IMG/VR virus record: IMGVR_UViG_3300028045_000001
Location: 62,001 to 126,000 of that record
Length of the DNA stretch: 64,000 nucleotides
Direction: 5' to 3' (one strand)
A model generated the notes under the pieces. That model was not told the DNA's origin, made no database searches, and saw nothing but the letters and a program-made list of their open reading frames with translations. A program made the position numbers and the translations under genes. Positions 49,861 through 59,161 of the stretch are shown one piece after another (the first letter of the stretch is position 1; each line of letters starts with the position of its first letter).

Positions 49861-51345
49861 TTATTTCCCCCCTTGTTTATAATAAGAACTCATGTCACTA
49901 CCATCTGTGTAGTTTTCTCGGTACACATTAATGTCAACGTTCCATACAGTCAAAAACATTCCAGGCGACTCTTCTTTTATGTTCTTACTAAGAACTATCC
50001 TATATGAGTTCTTATTTATTCCAGCATTGAGTGCCACTTCGGTTCCGGATATGGATAAGTTCTCGTTCGCTACTTCAACATCATTAGAAAATATATTGAT
50101 TAATATCTTTGGCTCCGCGTATGGATTAAAACACTTAGCCTTGTCGTTAAGAATATGATCTATTGAATACTGGGTTAAAGTTATACCGTTGATGCTACCT
50201 GCTAAATCCAAGATGGTTGGCATCGGATCATCTATTGTGAATATCGAACTAAAGAACGGCATGTAATATTCATTTGTGTGTACAAAACTACTACTTGGTA
50301 CAGTCCACTTATCGAACCATGGTTCTTGTATCATGAGTCGCTCCGTATAAGGATGCTCGGTGACCGCATCAAGATATTTTTTAGAATACGCAACTGTGTT
50401 ATCCCAGTTATTTTTACTCTGCCATTCTCTTATGGCAAGGTACTCTTGGAATACCCTAACCGGATGATGGTCGTGTATATTCTTAGAGTTAAGTATTGGC
50501 TCCGGTGGGTGAAGGTCGTTTGGAATTAACATATTGTTTATTGTCTCGGAGTACTGCACGAATACCGCGTGGGAGTGTGTTATTATGGCGGACAATTTAA
50601 TATCAACAGAATAACTCTTACTCACCATATTGCTTACTTCTGGGTCAGAGCGCTCTTGGTCAAATTCTATTTTGACGTTGACCTTCGTTTGGCCATTCCG
50701 TATGACTAATTTTTTTCTATCCTCAAGAAAATCCGAATTGAAGGAGATAGATGTTTCGGATTTATCATATAGGTACTTATAAAAATTATTGGTGTCGGAG
50801 TCTAATAGCTTATATAAAGAGAACAGGACTAACTGCACCTTTTTTGGAATGGGGGTATCAAACGATATTGCCTGCACACTGTTAGTTAAGTTACTTCCAT
50901 ACACTGAATATAATCTAGCCATGAAATTGGCGGCTTCATTGTAGTCTACAAAAGTTATCTTATTTTGAAGCTCAACTCGAATTGGAACTAAGTGGCTTGA
51001 TAAGTATATTCTATTTTCATCATCTCTCAATATAGGGGCCTTTTCACCTAATCTATAAAAAGGGATACTATAGTTGGACATGTGCTCGGGGGTTAATAGT
51101 CCTTCTCGTTGACGTGGGTTAAGGGAATCCATAATTTCACACGTTATTCGGTTGTCAGTTAGTTTTGCATTATCATTTGAATCGTTTGTTTCTGAGCCCC
51201 CAGTCGTTGTAGATTTATAGTTGATGTTCCCTACAAAAAAATCAATGTACCCTAATTCCTTAAGTACTGTAGTCAGAATTTGTTGTGAGACAGGCTTTGT
51301 AAAATTAATAAAGGTGTCTCTTAAAGTCTCATAAAAAATCTGCAA
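49861..51345 (-). CDS. phiKZ-like virion structural protein (494 aa, TTG start)
   Basis: AAGGAGA RBS before TTG; FTKPVSQQIL, PILRDDENRI, PWFDKW.VP patterns. Confidence 0.6.
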   Translation of the reverse strand: MQIFYETLRDTFINFTKPVSQQILTTVLKELGYIDFFVGNINYKSTTTGGSETNDSNDNAKLTDNRITCEIMDSLNPRQREGLLTPEHMSNYSIPFYRLGEKAPILRDDENRIYLSSHLVPIRVELQNKITFVDYNEAANFMARLYSVYGSNLTNSVQAISFDTPIPKKVQLVLFSLYKLLDSDTNNFYKYLYDKSETSISFNSDFLEDRKKLVIRNGQTKVNVKIEFDQERSDPEVSNMVSKSYSVDIKLSAIITHSHAVFVQYSETINNMLIPNDLHPPEPILNSKNIHDHHPVRVFQEYLAIREWQSKNNWDNTVAYSKKYLDAVTEHPYTERLMIQEPWFDKWTVPSSSFVHTNEYYMPFFSSIFTIDDPMPTILDLAGSINGITLTQYSIDHILNDKAKCFNPYAEPKILINIFSNDVEVANENLSISGTEVALNAGINKNSYRIVLSKNIKEESPGMFLTVWNVDINVYRENYTDGSDMSSYYKQGGK

Positions 51346-51422
51346 TTTTAGTATCTCCTTTTTTATAATGAATCTCTGCCATTGTATAAAATAACCAGTA
51401 CGATAAAAGCGAGGGTAAATTT

Positions 51423-52814
51423 ATGTTATTCAGCGACAATAAAATAGCTAAGCAAATAGTACACTTTAATACCGATACTATATTTGATTTAGCTGTAGGT
51501 AAGTATATTAGGGGCCACAATGGGAAATGGCTACTCGATGGAGGAATATCTACATTAATGACGGCAGTTACTGGCCGACAACAGTGTTACAAATCCACTC
51601 TATCCCAATCATTGATGACCCGTACAATGCTATTATACGATTCGATTGAAGGTATGATATATGATAGTGAGACTTCTTTGTTGGACCCATACGCAAGATT
51701 TTCTTTTTTTTACGGTGATGCTGCCGCAACAGAATTAATGAAACGAATGAAAGTGTACAATAAAACAACTCACGCCATGGGAGACATGTTCGATCTTGTT
51801 ATGCGTACGGCCAAACAAAAGAGGAACTCCATCAAAGACTTTACTGTAGAGTCACCGTTCGTGGATGTTGAAACCGGAAAAAAATTAAAAGTAACGATAC
51901 CCTCGATAGTTTTATTTGATAGCTACACATACATGATGTCTATAGTGGAACTTGAAAAATATGAGGAAGTCTCAATAGAAGATTCCACTACAAATACACT
52001 AGCCATGACCGATGCCCGCAGTAAATCCAAATTCACTAGAGCTGCATCGGACTTTTGTCCAAATTCAGGCATTGCATTGATGTCCACTGCACACGTAGGT
52101 AGTAAGGTAGAGATAAGCAAGTATGCTATTTCGCCAAAACAACTCCAGTTTCAAAAAACTGGAGATACCATTAAATCTGTTGGGACTGGGTACAGCTTTT
52201 TAAACAGTATCTTAATTCAAACAGGATCCCCCAAGGTTATGGTAGCCAGTAGTAAAAAAGATGAGTGCATGTATCCTATCGATGGCGGAACAGGTGCGGA
52301 AGTTATAGAGACGCAGGTAGTGATTCAGAGATGTAAAAACAATTCCTCCGGTGACGTTCTATCTTTTATATTTTCCCAACATGAAGGTTTTTTATCGGAA
52401 GTAACAAACTATCACTTACTAAAATCTAATAAATATTATGGCCTGGATGGAAGTAAGATATCACACCACCTATCCTTATACCCAGATGTAAAACTATCCC
52501 GTACCAATATACGAGAAAAAATTAAACATGATTACAAGCTGGTGCGAGCACTGCAGTTAACTGCTGAATTGTGTTTCATTCAAACGTATTGGCACACTGC
52601 CAATATACCATTTGACATCGACATATCTCCAATTAAATTAAAAGAGGCTATAGAGGACCATCCAAAATTAACTATGGATGAGGTGCTCGAATCCAGGGGA
52701 TATTGGTCATTAGATGACAAGAAGGAAGCCCGTAAATATTTATCAATCATGGATATCTTAGAGATGATATCTCAAACACAGTCAAATGCCAAGGATAAGG
52801 TGAAGAAGCAATGA
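51423..52814 (+). CDS. recA: RecA/UvsX-like recombinase (phiKZ gp152-like)
   Basis: Walker A GRQQCYKST, IYDSETS, Walker B VLFDSYT, MSTAHVG, RCKNNSSG. Confidence 0.8.
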   Translation: MLFSDNKIAKQIVHFNTDTIFDLAVGKYIRGHNGKWLLDGGISTLMTAVTGRQQCYKSTLSQSLMTRTMLLYDSIEGMIYDSETSLLDPYARFSFFYGDAAATELMKRMKVYNKTTHAMGDMFDLVMRTAKQKRNSIKDFTVESPFVDVETGKKLKVTIPSIVLFDSYTYMMSIVELEKYEEVSIEDSTTNTLAMTDARSKSKFTRAASDFCPNSGIALMSTAHVGSKVEISKYAISPKQLQFQKTGDTIKSVGTGYSFLNSILIQTGSPKVMVASSKKDECMYPIDGGTGAEVIETQVVIQRCKNNSSGDVLSFIFSQHEGFLSEVTNYHLLKSNKYYGLDGSKISHHLSLYPDVKLSRTNIREKIKHDYKLVRALQLTAELCFIQTYWHTANIPFDIDISPIKLKEAIEDHPKLTMDEVLESRGYWSLDDKKEARKYLSIMDILEMISQTQSNAKDKVKKQ

Positions 52815-54289
52815 AAGACGCTATCGCAGGAATACACAACGAAGATCCCAATTTTATTGAGAGGGCAATTGCAGTAGGTTCAGAAGTCAGAAGTGGTGCT
52901 ATACAAAAAATTAATGAAATTTTTAACGACCCAACTATGTCGGAACTGTCTACAAGGGGACTGGATCTTTATGACACTATGAGGTTGGTTACCTTCACGA
53001 AAGAAAAAATGAACTCTCTTGTGAAAGATATGCCGGAGCAAAATAGAGCGCAAAACGCTCTCGGTAGATCAAAGAGCCAAATAGACAATCGACTTATGAC
53101 TGCGACACTTACTTCTGGTACTTCTCCAGCGGAAGTCATAAAGCAATGCCTTGCACAGATTGAATCTAAACGACAAGCATTGGCTGAGAACCAAGATAGA
53201 ATAAATAAATCCAATCTGTGGCTGTCCAGAATGGATAAAGAAATATATAGCTATAAAGATATTCTAGAAGTAAGAAAACGGCAATTGTTAAGAATAACTA
53301 AGGACATAGAGGAGACAGAACGTCACATTGAAGGCATGAAGGTAGAGCTTGTACGTAAAGAGCAACATACAAACGTTGCTACTGTAGAACGTGCAGAGAT
53401 AAGATTAGATGAAGTTATTGAAAAGCGAGCTAACAAAAAAATAGAGATAGCTAAGCTTGAAAATAAAATACGCACTATAGCAAACGAAATGATTAAGAGA
53501 GCAACTGGCATAGGATCCTCCATCGTATATGTGGAAGGATGCATTAAAGAAATAGCATCATTTAATGAGCTATACAAAAATGTATGTCGGAAGTATGGTT
53601 GGAAAATAGGAGAATGGGACGAAGAAGATCTTATGAATGCCGAGATACATAGTAAGTTGCGTTTAGCATTCACCCACGCTAAGCACGACATTCACGCAAA
53701 TGGTGTCGTTGGAAATGGTACACAATTTTGGATAGAGGGTCTTGGTATCCCTGTAACTACAGTGGCGCAGTTGACTCAAGAACACCTAATGGAAGAGCAT
53801 GAACTTTATAAGCAGTTGAATCGAAAATTACCTGCGGCTGTCGACCCAGACATGGAGTTGTATCTCAAAAATACAAACGATAATCCGCCTATCATAGTAA
53901 ATGGATTTATTTTAACCCATCCAGATGCTATCGGAGTTCGCGTTGGATTTAAAGGTAAGGATGGGTTCATAAACGGCATACTTAGGGACATACAACCGGA
54001 CTATCAGGATTCCGGAAATTCAATCCTACGATTAGTACTTGGGGATGGGAGCGGTGTTATATCAGTTGCCGTCAATGATATTGATATCGAGTCCTTTGGT
54101 TACGTTACACGTGACATATCAATTGAGTTTCAAGAGCAATGGCTCGACAGAATGTATGAAAGATTCAAGTATTCTTGGAGACCTGTAGCAGAACGATTGG
54201 GATTGACTTCACTGGTCAATAACGAATTCGCATACATCAATGAAAATAAAGCCCAATTAGATACGCCAAAGATTGATTTTTCTTGTTGA
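52811..54289 (+). CDS. Hypothetical long coiled-coil protein (492 aa) coupled to recA
   Basis: ATGA overlap with recA stop; central E/K/R heptads; WDEED...AF..A..DI...G..G.G...WIEGLGI segment. Confidence 0.8.
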   Translation: MKDAIAGIHNEDPNFIERAIAVGSEVRSGAIQKINEIFNDPTMSELSTRGLDLYDTMRLVTFTKEKMNSLVKDMPEQNRAQNALGRSKSQIDNRLMTATLTSGTSPAEVIKQCLAQIESKRQALAENQDRINKSNLWLSRMDKEIYSYKDILEVRKRQLLRITKDIEETERHIEGMKVELVRKEQHTNVATVERAEIRLDEVIEKRANKKIEIAKLENKIRTIANEMIKRATGIGSSIVYVEGCIKEIASFNELYKNVCRKYGWKIGEWDEEDLMNAEIHSKLRLAFTHAKHDIHANGVVGNGTQFWIEGLGIPVTTVAQLTQEHLMEEHELYKQLNRKLPAAVDPDMELYLKNTNDNPPIIVNGFILTHPDAIGVRVGFKGKDGFINGILRDIQPDYQDSGNSILRLVLGDGSGVISVAVNDIDIESFGYVTRDISIEFQEQWLDRMYERFKYSWRPVAERLGLTSLVNNEFAYINENKAQLDTPKIDFSC

Positions 54290-54308
54290 ACAAATCAATA
54301 GTCCTACG

Positions 54309-54338
54309 GTTCACTATGCCTGCGAGGGCATAGTGAAC
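54309..54338. terminator. 12-bp stem hairpin with possible GCGA tetraloop
   Basis: GTTCACTATGCC-tgcgag-GGCATAGTGAAC. Confidence 0.7.
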
Positions 54339-54391
54339 GTACATTTTATAAAGGGGTAACTTTATAATTTAAATAGAGGGGGAACATTAAC

Positions 54392-54475
54392 ATGGCAAAT
54401 ATTGTCTATACTTCGAAGGCCACGCAACAAAGACATGTGTTGGATGGCTTGGTGATTAAAAAAGACGTTCGTTGA
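54392..54475 (+). CDS. Candidate 27-aa small ORF (MANIVYTSKATQQRHVLDGLVIKKDVR)
   Basis: GAGGGGGAA RBS-like element upstream of ATG; below ORF-track cutoff. Confidence 0.3.
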   Translation: MANIVYTSKATQQRHVLDGLVIKKDVR

Positions 54476-54544
54476 TTTGGCAGCAGCCCTATGAAAATTA
54501 AAAAGAATAATTAAAGATCGGCGGACAATGAATAGGAGTCAGTA

Positions 54545-55444
54545 ATGATTGATTTGATGGAATATAAACATTTGTTATCGAATAAAGAAACTCATGATAT
54601 AGGGCAATCTATACGGGAGCTGGATGCGTTAATAATCATGTTGGATGATCAAGTTAGCCTGCAAGCTTTTTCTGCAATTGGACTTATCAAAGTAGTCTTT
54701 GATAAGTTCTCCGCATTGCTGCGTAACATGGCGTACACTATCACTAGGGCAACAAAGGACTTAACACAAAGTGAATTTATGTTGTTCTTTAATGGTAATA
54801 ATAGTAAAGTAAAAAGAGTCTTGGCATTGCCTTATGAGGTCGTTAAAGGTGTAACTATTGATACGCCAGCAGGACTAACTACGACATACGAAAAAGTAAC
54901 CAGTGATGTTGTCGTGACGTATAACGTGCTATCTATGTTGGAAACATCTACCAACGCACTTAGACTTTTTAATGCTGTGTTAACAGATACAACAGATAGT
55001 GCAGTGGAACGTAATTTGACGCAGGTAGTAAAAAAATCAATCAGCAACAGAATAAAGAATTCCGCCAAGCTCGTAAAAACAAACTTCGCCAAAGGAACTA
55101 CTGTACGAGCACCCTTCAATAGAGTTTTCGAATACGAAGATTCCCTTGGTAACACTGTCACTAATTTACGTTCGTTGGAAAACAGGCTACTGAACGTATC
55201 ATCTATACATAAAAACATGAAGGAGAGTGAAAGTATATGTGATACTCTAATCTCAAATCTGACTAGCGGCGACGGCGACGTGGTTGAATTATCGAACGGT
55301 TCATTGAAGACACTCAGTGAGTACGTTCGCAATATCGCAGGTATCTTTGAAAACTATGCTCTGACGCTCACGGTACACCAAGTGATAGAGCACAATATGC
55401 AATATGTTATCAAAGAGCTTGGGGCTAGTCACAAGATTTTTTAA
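54545..55444 (+). CDS. Putative internal head protein (299 aa)
   Basis: AGGAG RBS; short acidic N-terminus ending in VSLQAF; V..P.GL...Y pattern as in phiKZ-like head proteins. Confidence 0.5.
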   Translation: MIDLMEYKHLLSNKETHDIGQSIRELDALIIMLDDQVSLQAFSAIGLIKVVFDKFSALLRNMAYTITRATKDLTQSEFMLFFNGNNSKVKRVLALPYEVVKGVTIDTPAGLTTTYEKVTSDVVVTYNVLSMLETSTNALRLFNAVLTDTTDSAVERNLTQVVKKSISNRIKNSAKLVKTNFAKGTTVRAPFNRVFEYEDSLGNTVTNLRSLENRLLNVSSIHKNMKESESICDTLISNLTSGDGDVVELSNGSLKTLSEYVRNIAGIFENYALTLTVHQVIEHNMQYVIKELGASHKIF

Positions 55445-55457
55445 TGAGGTCCAAATT

Positions 55458-55991
55458 ATGACCGGAGAAGCGATTGAATCGGCTATAACAAAAGAGCAAT
55501 TGCAAGTAGCATTACAAAACAAAGATATCGAATACATTAAACACGAAATAACAGTTATCTCTGACAGCGTTAAAGAAGTGGCCTCCAATACCGTCGAAGC
55601 CATCAAAACCTATTCCATAGAGCTCACGGAAATAAGTAATAACATAGCCTCAATGTATGAAATAATGGTTTCTCTGAAAGAAGCGGATGTAAAGATAAAT
55701 AGTCGTATAGATAAGTCCGATGCCGTCCTTGATGACACAGCGGTAGAGATTAAAAATCTAATGATAGGGGCAAATATATACAAAGAAAAGATTTCAGAGT
55801 TAACCAAGCAACTATCAGATGTTAAAAAAGAAATCGACGACATTCGAAAAGATATAAAAGCGGTCAGTGCTTCGACCAATACGTTTTTCGGAAAATTGGT
55901 TGTAACAAAGAGTATCCTTACAACAATAGTGGCAGTGGCGTTGTTATTTGCTAAAGATATTTTTAAATGGCTACGCACCTTCTTTATTTAG
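55458..55991 (+). CDS. Coiled-coil protein with single C-terminal TM helix (holin-like candidate)
   Basis: Heptad-rich; ILTTIVAVALLFA then KDIFKWLRTFFI; GAGG RBS before ATG 55458 (ORF track 55404). Confidence 0.55.
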   Translation: MTGEAIESAITKEQLQVALQNKDIEYIKHEITVISDSVKEVASNTVEAIKTYSIELTEISNNIASMYEIMVSLKEADVKINSRIDKSDAVLDDTAVEIKNLMIGANIYKEKISELTKQLSDVKKEIDDIRKDIKAVSASTNTFFGKLVVTKSILTTIVAVALLFAKDIFKWLRTFFI

Positions 55992-56010
55992 TTGGAGTAG
56001 TTCTATTTTG

Positions 56011-56044
56011 ACATATAGGGGTCTCCATGGAGACCCCTATATGT
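56011..56044. terminator. Perfect 34-bp loopless palindrome (centre CCATGG) between convergent genes
   Basis: ACATATAGGGGTCTCCA|TGGAGACCCCTATATGT. Confidence 0.88.
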
Positions 56045-57550
56045 TTAAAACAAATCAGTTGTTGTCGAGTTATCTTTTTCGTCGTCCGCATACTCTGCGT
56101 ATATATCTTTTACTGCCTTAGACTCCGAAGCATAATCATCCATTATGCCGTTACTGTTAAATTTATATGCAAAAGATTTATCTTTAGCTGGTGTGTTATC
56201 TACGTATCTATGCTTACCTCTTAGGGCCGTAAGATATGGGTTGCCTAAATGATTTTCTTCTATGTGTGTGTACATTGTCAGGTCAAACTCATGTTCGAGT
56301 CCTTTACATACGGCTATACAACTAGGACTAAAGCGTTTAACAATATTGGCGGAGTCCGATGATATTGTTAGGGCTGTATGGTTTAGTTGGTTGGCTGTGA
56401 TATAGGCATAGCCGTGGTATCGTGCATGGTTGACAACATCCGTGGCCAACTTACTTAGTCCTCTTTCTGAATTTTCATTATTAAGTTGCATCTTTGCAAG
56501 GTAATCTTTTATGACAGCAAAGATCTCGTACCCTTCTTGTTTATATTGTTCAAATAAATCTAGATATGATTGGTAATCGAATGTGTCTCCAAGTCTTCTT
56601 ACAATTTTAAAATGCCATCCGTTCTTAGCGAACTCTTTATGTACAAAAGCCACTATATCCCTATCTGTGAAATCTTCTGGTGGGGCAGTATTGAATAGAT
56701 TGAGGTACAACTCTATAAACCATTTCCTGGTATTTTTCATTGCCTCGTTTTCAAGTGATATGAATAGGGCCAATGGCTTTAAATCAGTTTTAGGTGGCTT
56801 ATTTAGTGTCGTTATCCACCTTCCGATTTTTAGTAACCACCCAGACTTAAAGTGATGGGATAGTCCATATATCATCATGGTTTCGCCATAGCAAATACCT
56901 GCGTTTTCCCCCATCATTGCGTTCAGTCCCTGAAGGCCCATCTTGAGGACATTGGTCGATGCGGTTCTTTTTGAATCAGCAGCGAATGCACGCTCCATAG
57001 AATCAGTATCATTGAAATCTATCTCATCTACCCTATCAGTTGTTTGGATGGCCAACTTAGGTGGACTAAATGATCGGGCTGTCTGCAGTACACTATCCAG
57101 TAGTTCATCTTGTTTTGCTGGATTGGACGTGTACTTACATTTCCTTACCCTACTTATCATGGCACATACATGAGCATCGTACGAGTACCAAGTTATGCTC
57201 TTGTATAATTTAGATCGTATGCGCCTACACTTTTCAGGATTGATTGTATTGTCGATTATACACTTTATTGACTCTAATATTTCTGGATCGCCATCTATCT
57301 GCTTAGAATGCTGTAACTTGAGCAGTACATCATGAGCCCTCCCATCAGTTATATTCCCTGACTCATGCAGCATGGAATTTATTATTCCAACCAACAATAC
57401 GTTTATGTCAGAGTTTAGTTCATCGTCACGGTCAACCTCTTTTTCGAATACCTCCAGCACAGATCTAACTAATTCTTTGTCATCCGCCTCATCGCTATGG
57501 GTAATTAAGTAAACAATATCAATTAATAATTCATGATCGATGGTAATCAT
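56045..57550 (-). CDS. dnaB: DnaB-like replicative helicase (phiKZ gp118-like)
   Basis: GLQGLNAMMG..GICYGE, degenerate Walker A GLSHHFKSG, FISLENE, DYL, TANQL, RGKHR. Confidence 0.8.
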   Translation of the reverse strand: MITIDHELLIDIVYLITHSDEADDKELVRSVLEVFEKEVDRDDELNSDINVLLVGIINSMLHESGNITDGRAHDVLLKLQHSKQIDGDPEILESIKCIIDNTINPEKCRRIRSKLYKSITWYSYDAHVCAMISRVRKCKYTSNPAKQDELLDSVLQTARSFSPPKLAIQTTDRVDEIDFNDTDSMERAFAADSKRTASTNVLKMGLQGLNAMMGENAGICYGETMMIYGLSHHFKSGWLLKIGRWITTLNKPPKTDLKPLALFISLENEAMKNTRKWFIELYLNLFNTAPPEDFTDRDIVAFVHKEFAKNGWHFKIVRRLGDTFDYQSYLDLFEQYKQEGYEIFAVIKDYLAKMQLNNENSERGLSKLATDVVNHARYHGYAYITANQLNHTALTISSDSANIVKRFSPSCIAVCKGLEHEFDLTMYTHIEENHLGNPYLTALRGKHRYVDNTPAKDKSFAYKFNSNGIMDDYASESKAVKDIYAEYADDEKDNSTTTDLF

Positions 57551-57610
57551 TATTTATATTCCTAATTATTTTATATAAGTATGGAAATTCTCATAGGAGG
57601 TCTTTAAAAC

Positions 57611-59161
57611 ATGTCACATCTCTTTCACACATACATGGCACGTAGAACTAAAACTGAGTCTACGAAAGATATGCCATTTAGTGAACAAGTCTGGATAAAC
57701 AATGCAACCTCAGCTTACGATGCCTTATCATTGCGACACAAAATTATACATTGTGTCAGGCAACGTTTTATACATTCATATTTTAAGCATGTTTGTGATA
57801 TATATCATGTCGATGGCCCATCTATTTTTACGGACATGGAAGCCGAATTTAATCGAAGGGAGAAGCGGATTGATGACGAGATCAATTATGCTAACGTAGG
57901 AGACTATGACGATGCTTGGTCCATAGCTAAGTCATTCATCACCCGTTGCAGATACATTAAGGGATACATGCCACCGAACGAAGCTCGTGAATTGGTCAGG
58001 CCAGATATTAATGATATCATGGGATTTTTTATAGATCAGAATACAGAAGAAAATTTTGTACCGAGTGTAGGTGGGCTTGATGCAATTAAAGGGATAGTTG
58101 CCTTCATTTTATATGCGGTAAAGCAACATGTTCCGATAACTGAAATGGATACCTTTATTCCGGATCCTTGTGTCCTATATCCAATGTATTCTGGGAATGG
58201 AGTTGTCTGGGTGAATAAAGTCCAAGTAGCCGAGCCGGGCTACTTACCCGAACGCAAGCTTCGGGAAGACTATAAATTTCATGATCATATATTAAGCTAT
58301 TTGAACATGCTGAACTTATCCGGCCAAGATTTTAACGCCATCATGCTATCCCTTTCATGCTTAGCGGTTGTAAATGACTCCCGCTCTGCGACAGGCTTTC
58401 AAAGATTATGTAATGTTGTAAACAATTATTATCTTAGCGGACAAAGACTCTCCAATAAATGGGAGGCTAAACTACCAGCACCTATATTCTTAGCAACAAT
58501 GAGATTTATGAGTGCACTGGTGACCGAGAATAATGTAAAAGTAGACAATCTTCACCTGTTGCATTTCATCTATGATCATGCACCTCCAATATATGCAAAT
58601 CTTGGCGATGTTGTCAAAAAGGCAATTGGAGGCCGGTATGTAAACCAGCATGAGGTGGCTATGCTAAAGAAATATGGCATTTCTAAAATAGTGCCAATGA
58701 AACGTAGCTATGATCTTTATAATCATATAAGGATGAATGCGGCTGACGATGATTTAGGTGAAGATGAATCAGTTACTGAAAATGATACAGGTGAGGGCGA
58801 CGGAGAAGAGGTTACTGGCGATAAGAACGTTGATGCCGGTGACGCGGATTCTGATACTAACATTTCAGATCCAGATGCAGACGGATCTGCCGAAGGGGAG
58901 GAGGAACCTGAAGAAACCCATATCGTAAAGATTGATGACGCTGGTATAGAATTTGAATTAAGTAGCGGTAATCTCTCATTTGCTGAATATATTTTGAGAG
59001 AAAGAATTATAAAACGATTGAATACAATATTGGCCAACCCAGGTAATCTTTCGGCAGAGAAAGTTGAATACTTAAAGTATTTCAGAAATCACTGGATTTA
59101 CTTGGTCAGTATAAACACTCTGTTGGCAATAACAAAAAATCTCAATATTGAAGGAGTTTGA
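57611..59161 (+). CDS. Conserved protein between helicase and capsid gene (phiKZ gp119 position), acidic C-terminal linker
   Basis: AGGAGG RBS; D/E-rich low-complexity stretch then YILRERI...LKYFRNHWIYLVS; ATGA-type overlap with capsid gene. Confidence 0.65.
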   Translation: MSHLFHTYMARRTKTESTKDMPFSEQVWINNATSAYDALSLRHKIIHCVRQRFIHSYFKHVCDIYHVDGPSIFTDMEAEFNRREKRIDDEINYANVGDYDDAWSIAKSFITRCRYIKGYMPPNEARELVRPDINDIMGFFIDQNTEENFVPSVGGLDAIKGIVAFILYAVKQHVPITEMDTFIPDPCVLYPMYSGNGVVWVNKVQVAEPGYLPERKLREDYKFHDHILSYLNMLNLSGQDFNAIMLSLSCLAVVNDSRSATGFQRLCNVVNNYYLSGQRLSNKWEAKLPAPIFLATMRFMSALVTENNVKVDNLHLLHFIYDHAPPIYANLGDVVKKAIGGRYVNQHEVAMLKKYGISKIVPMKRSYDLYNHIRMNAADDDLGEDESVTENDTGEGDGEEVTGDKNVDAGDADSDTNISDPDADGSAEGEEEPEETHIVKIDDAGIEFELSSGNLSFAEYILRERIIKRLNTILANPGNLSAEKVEYLKYFRNHWIYLVSINTLLAITKNLNIEGV

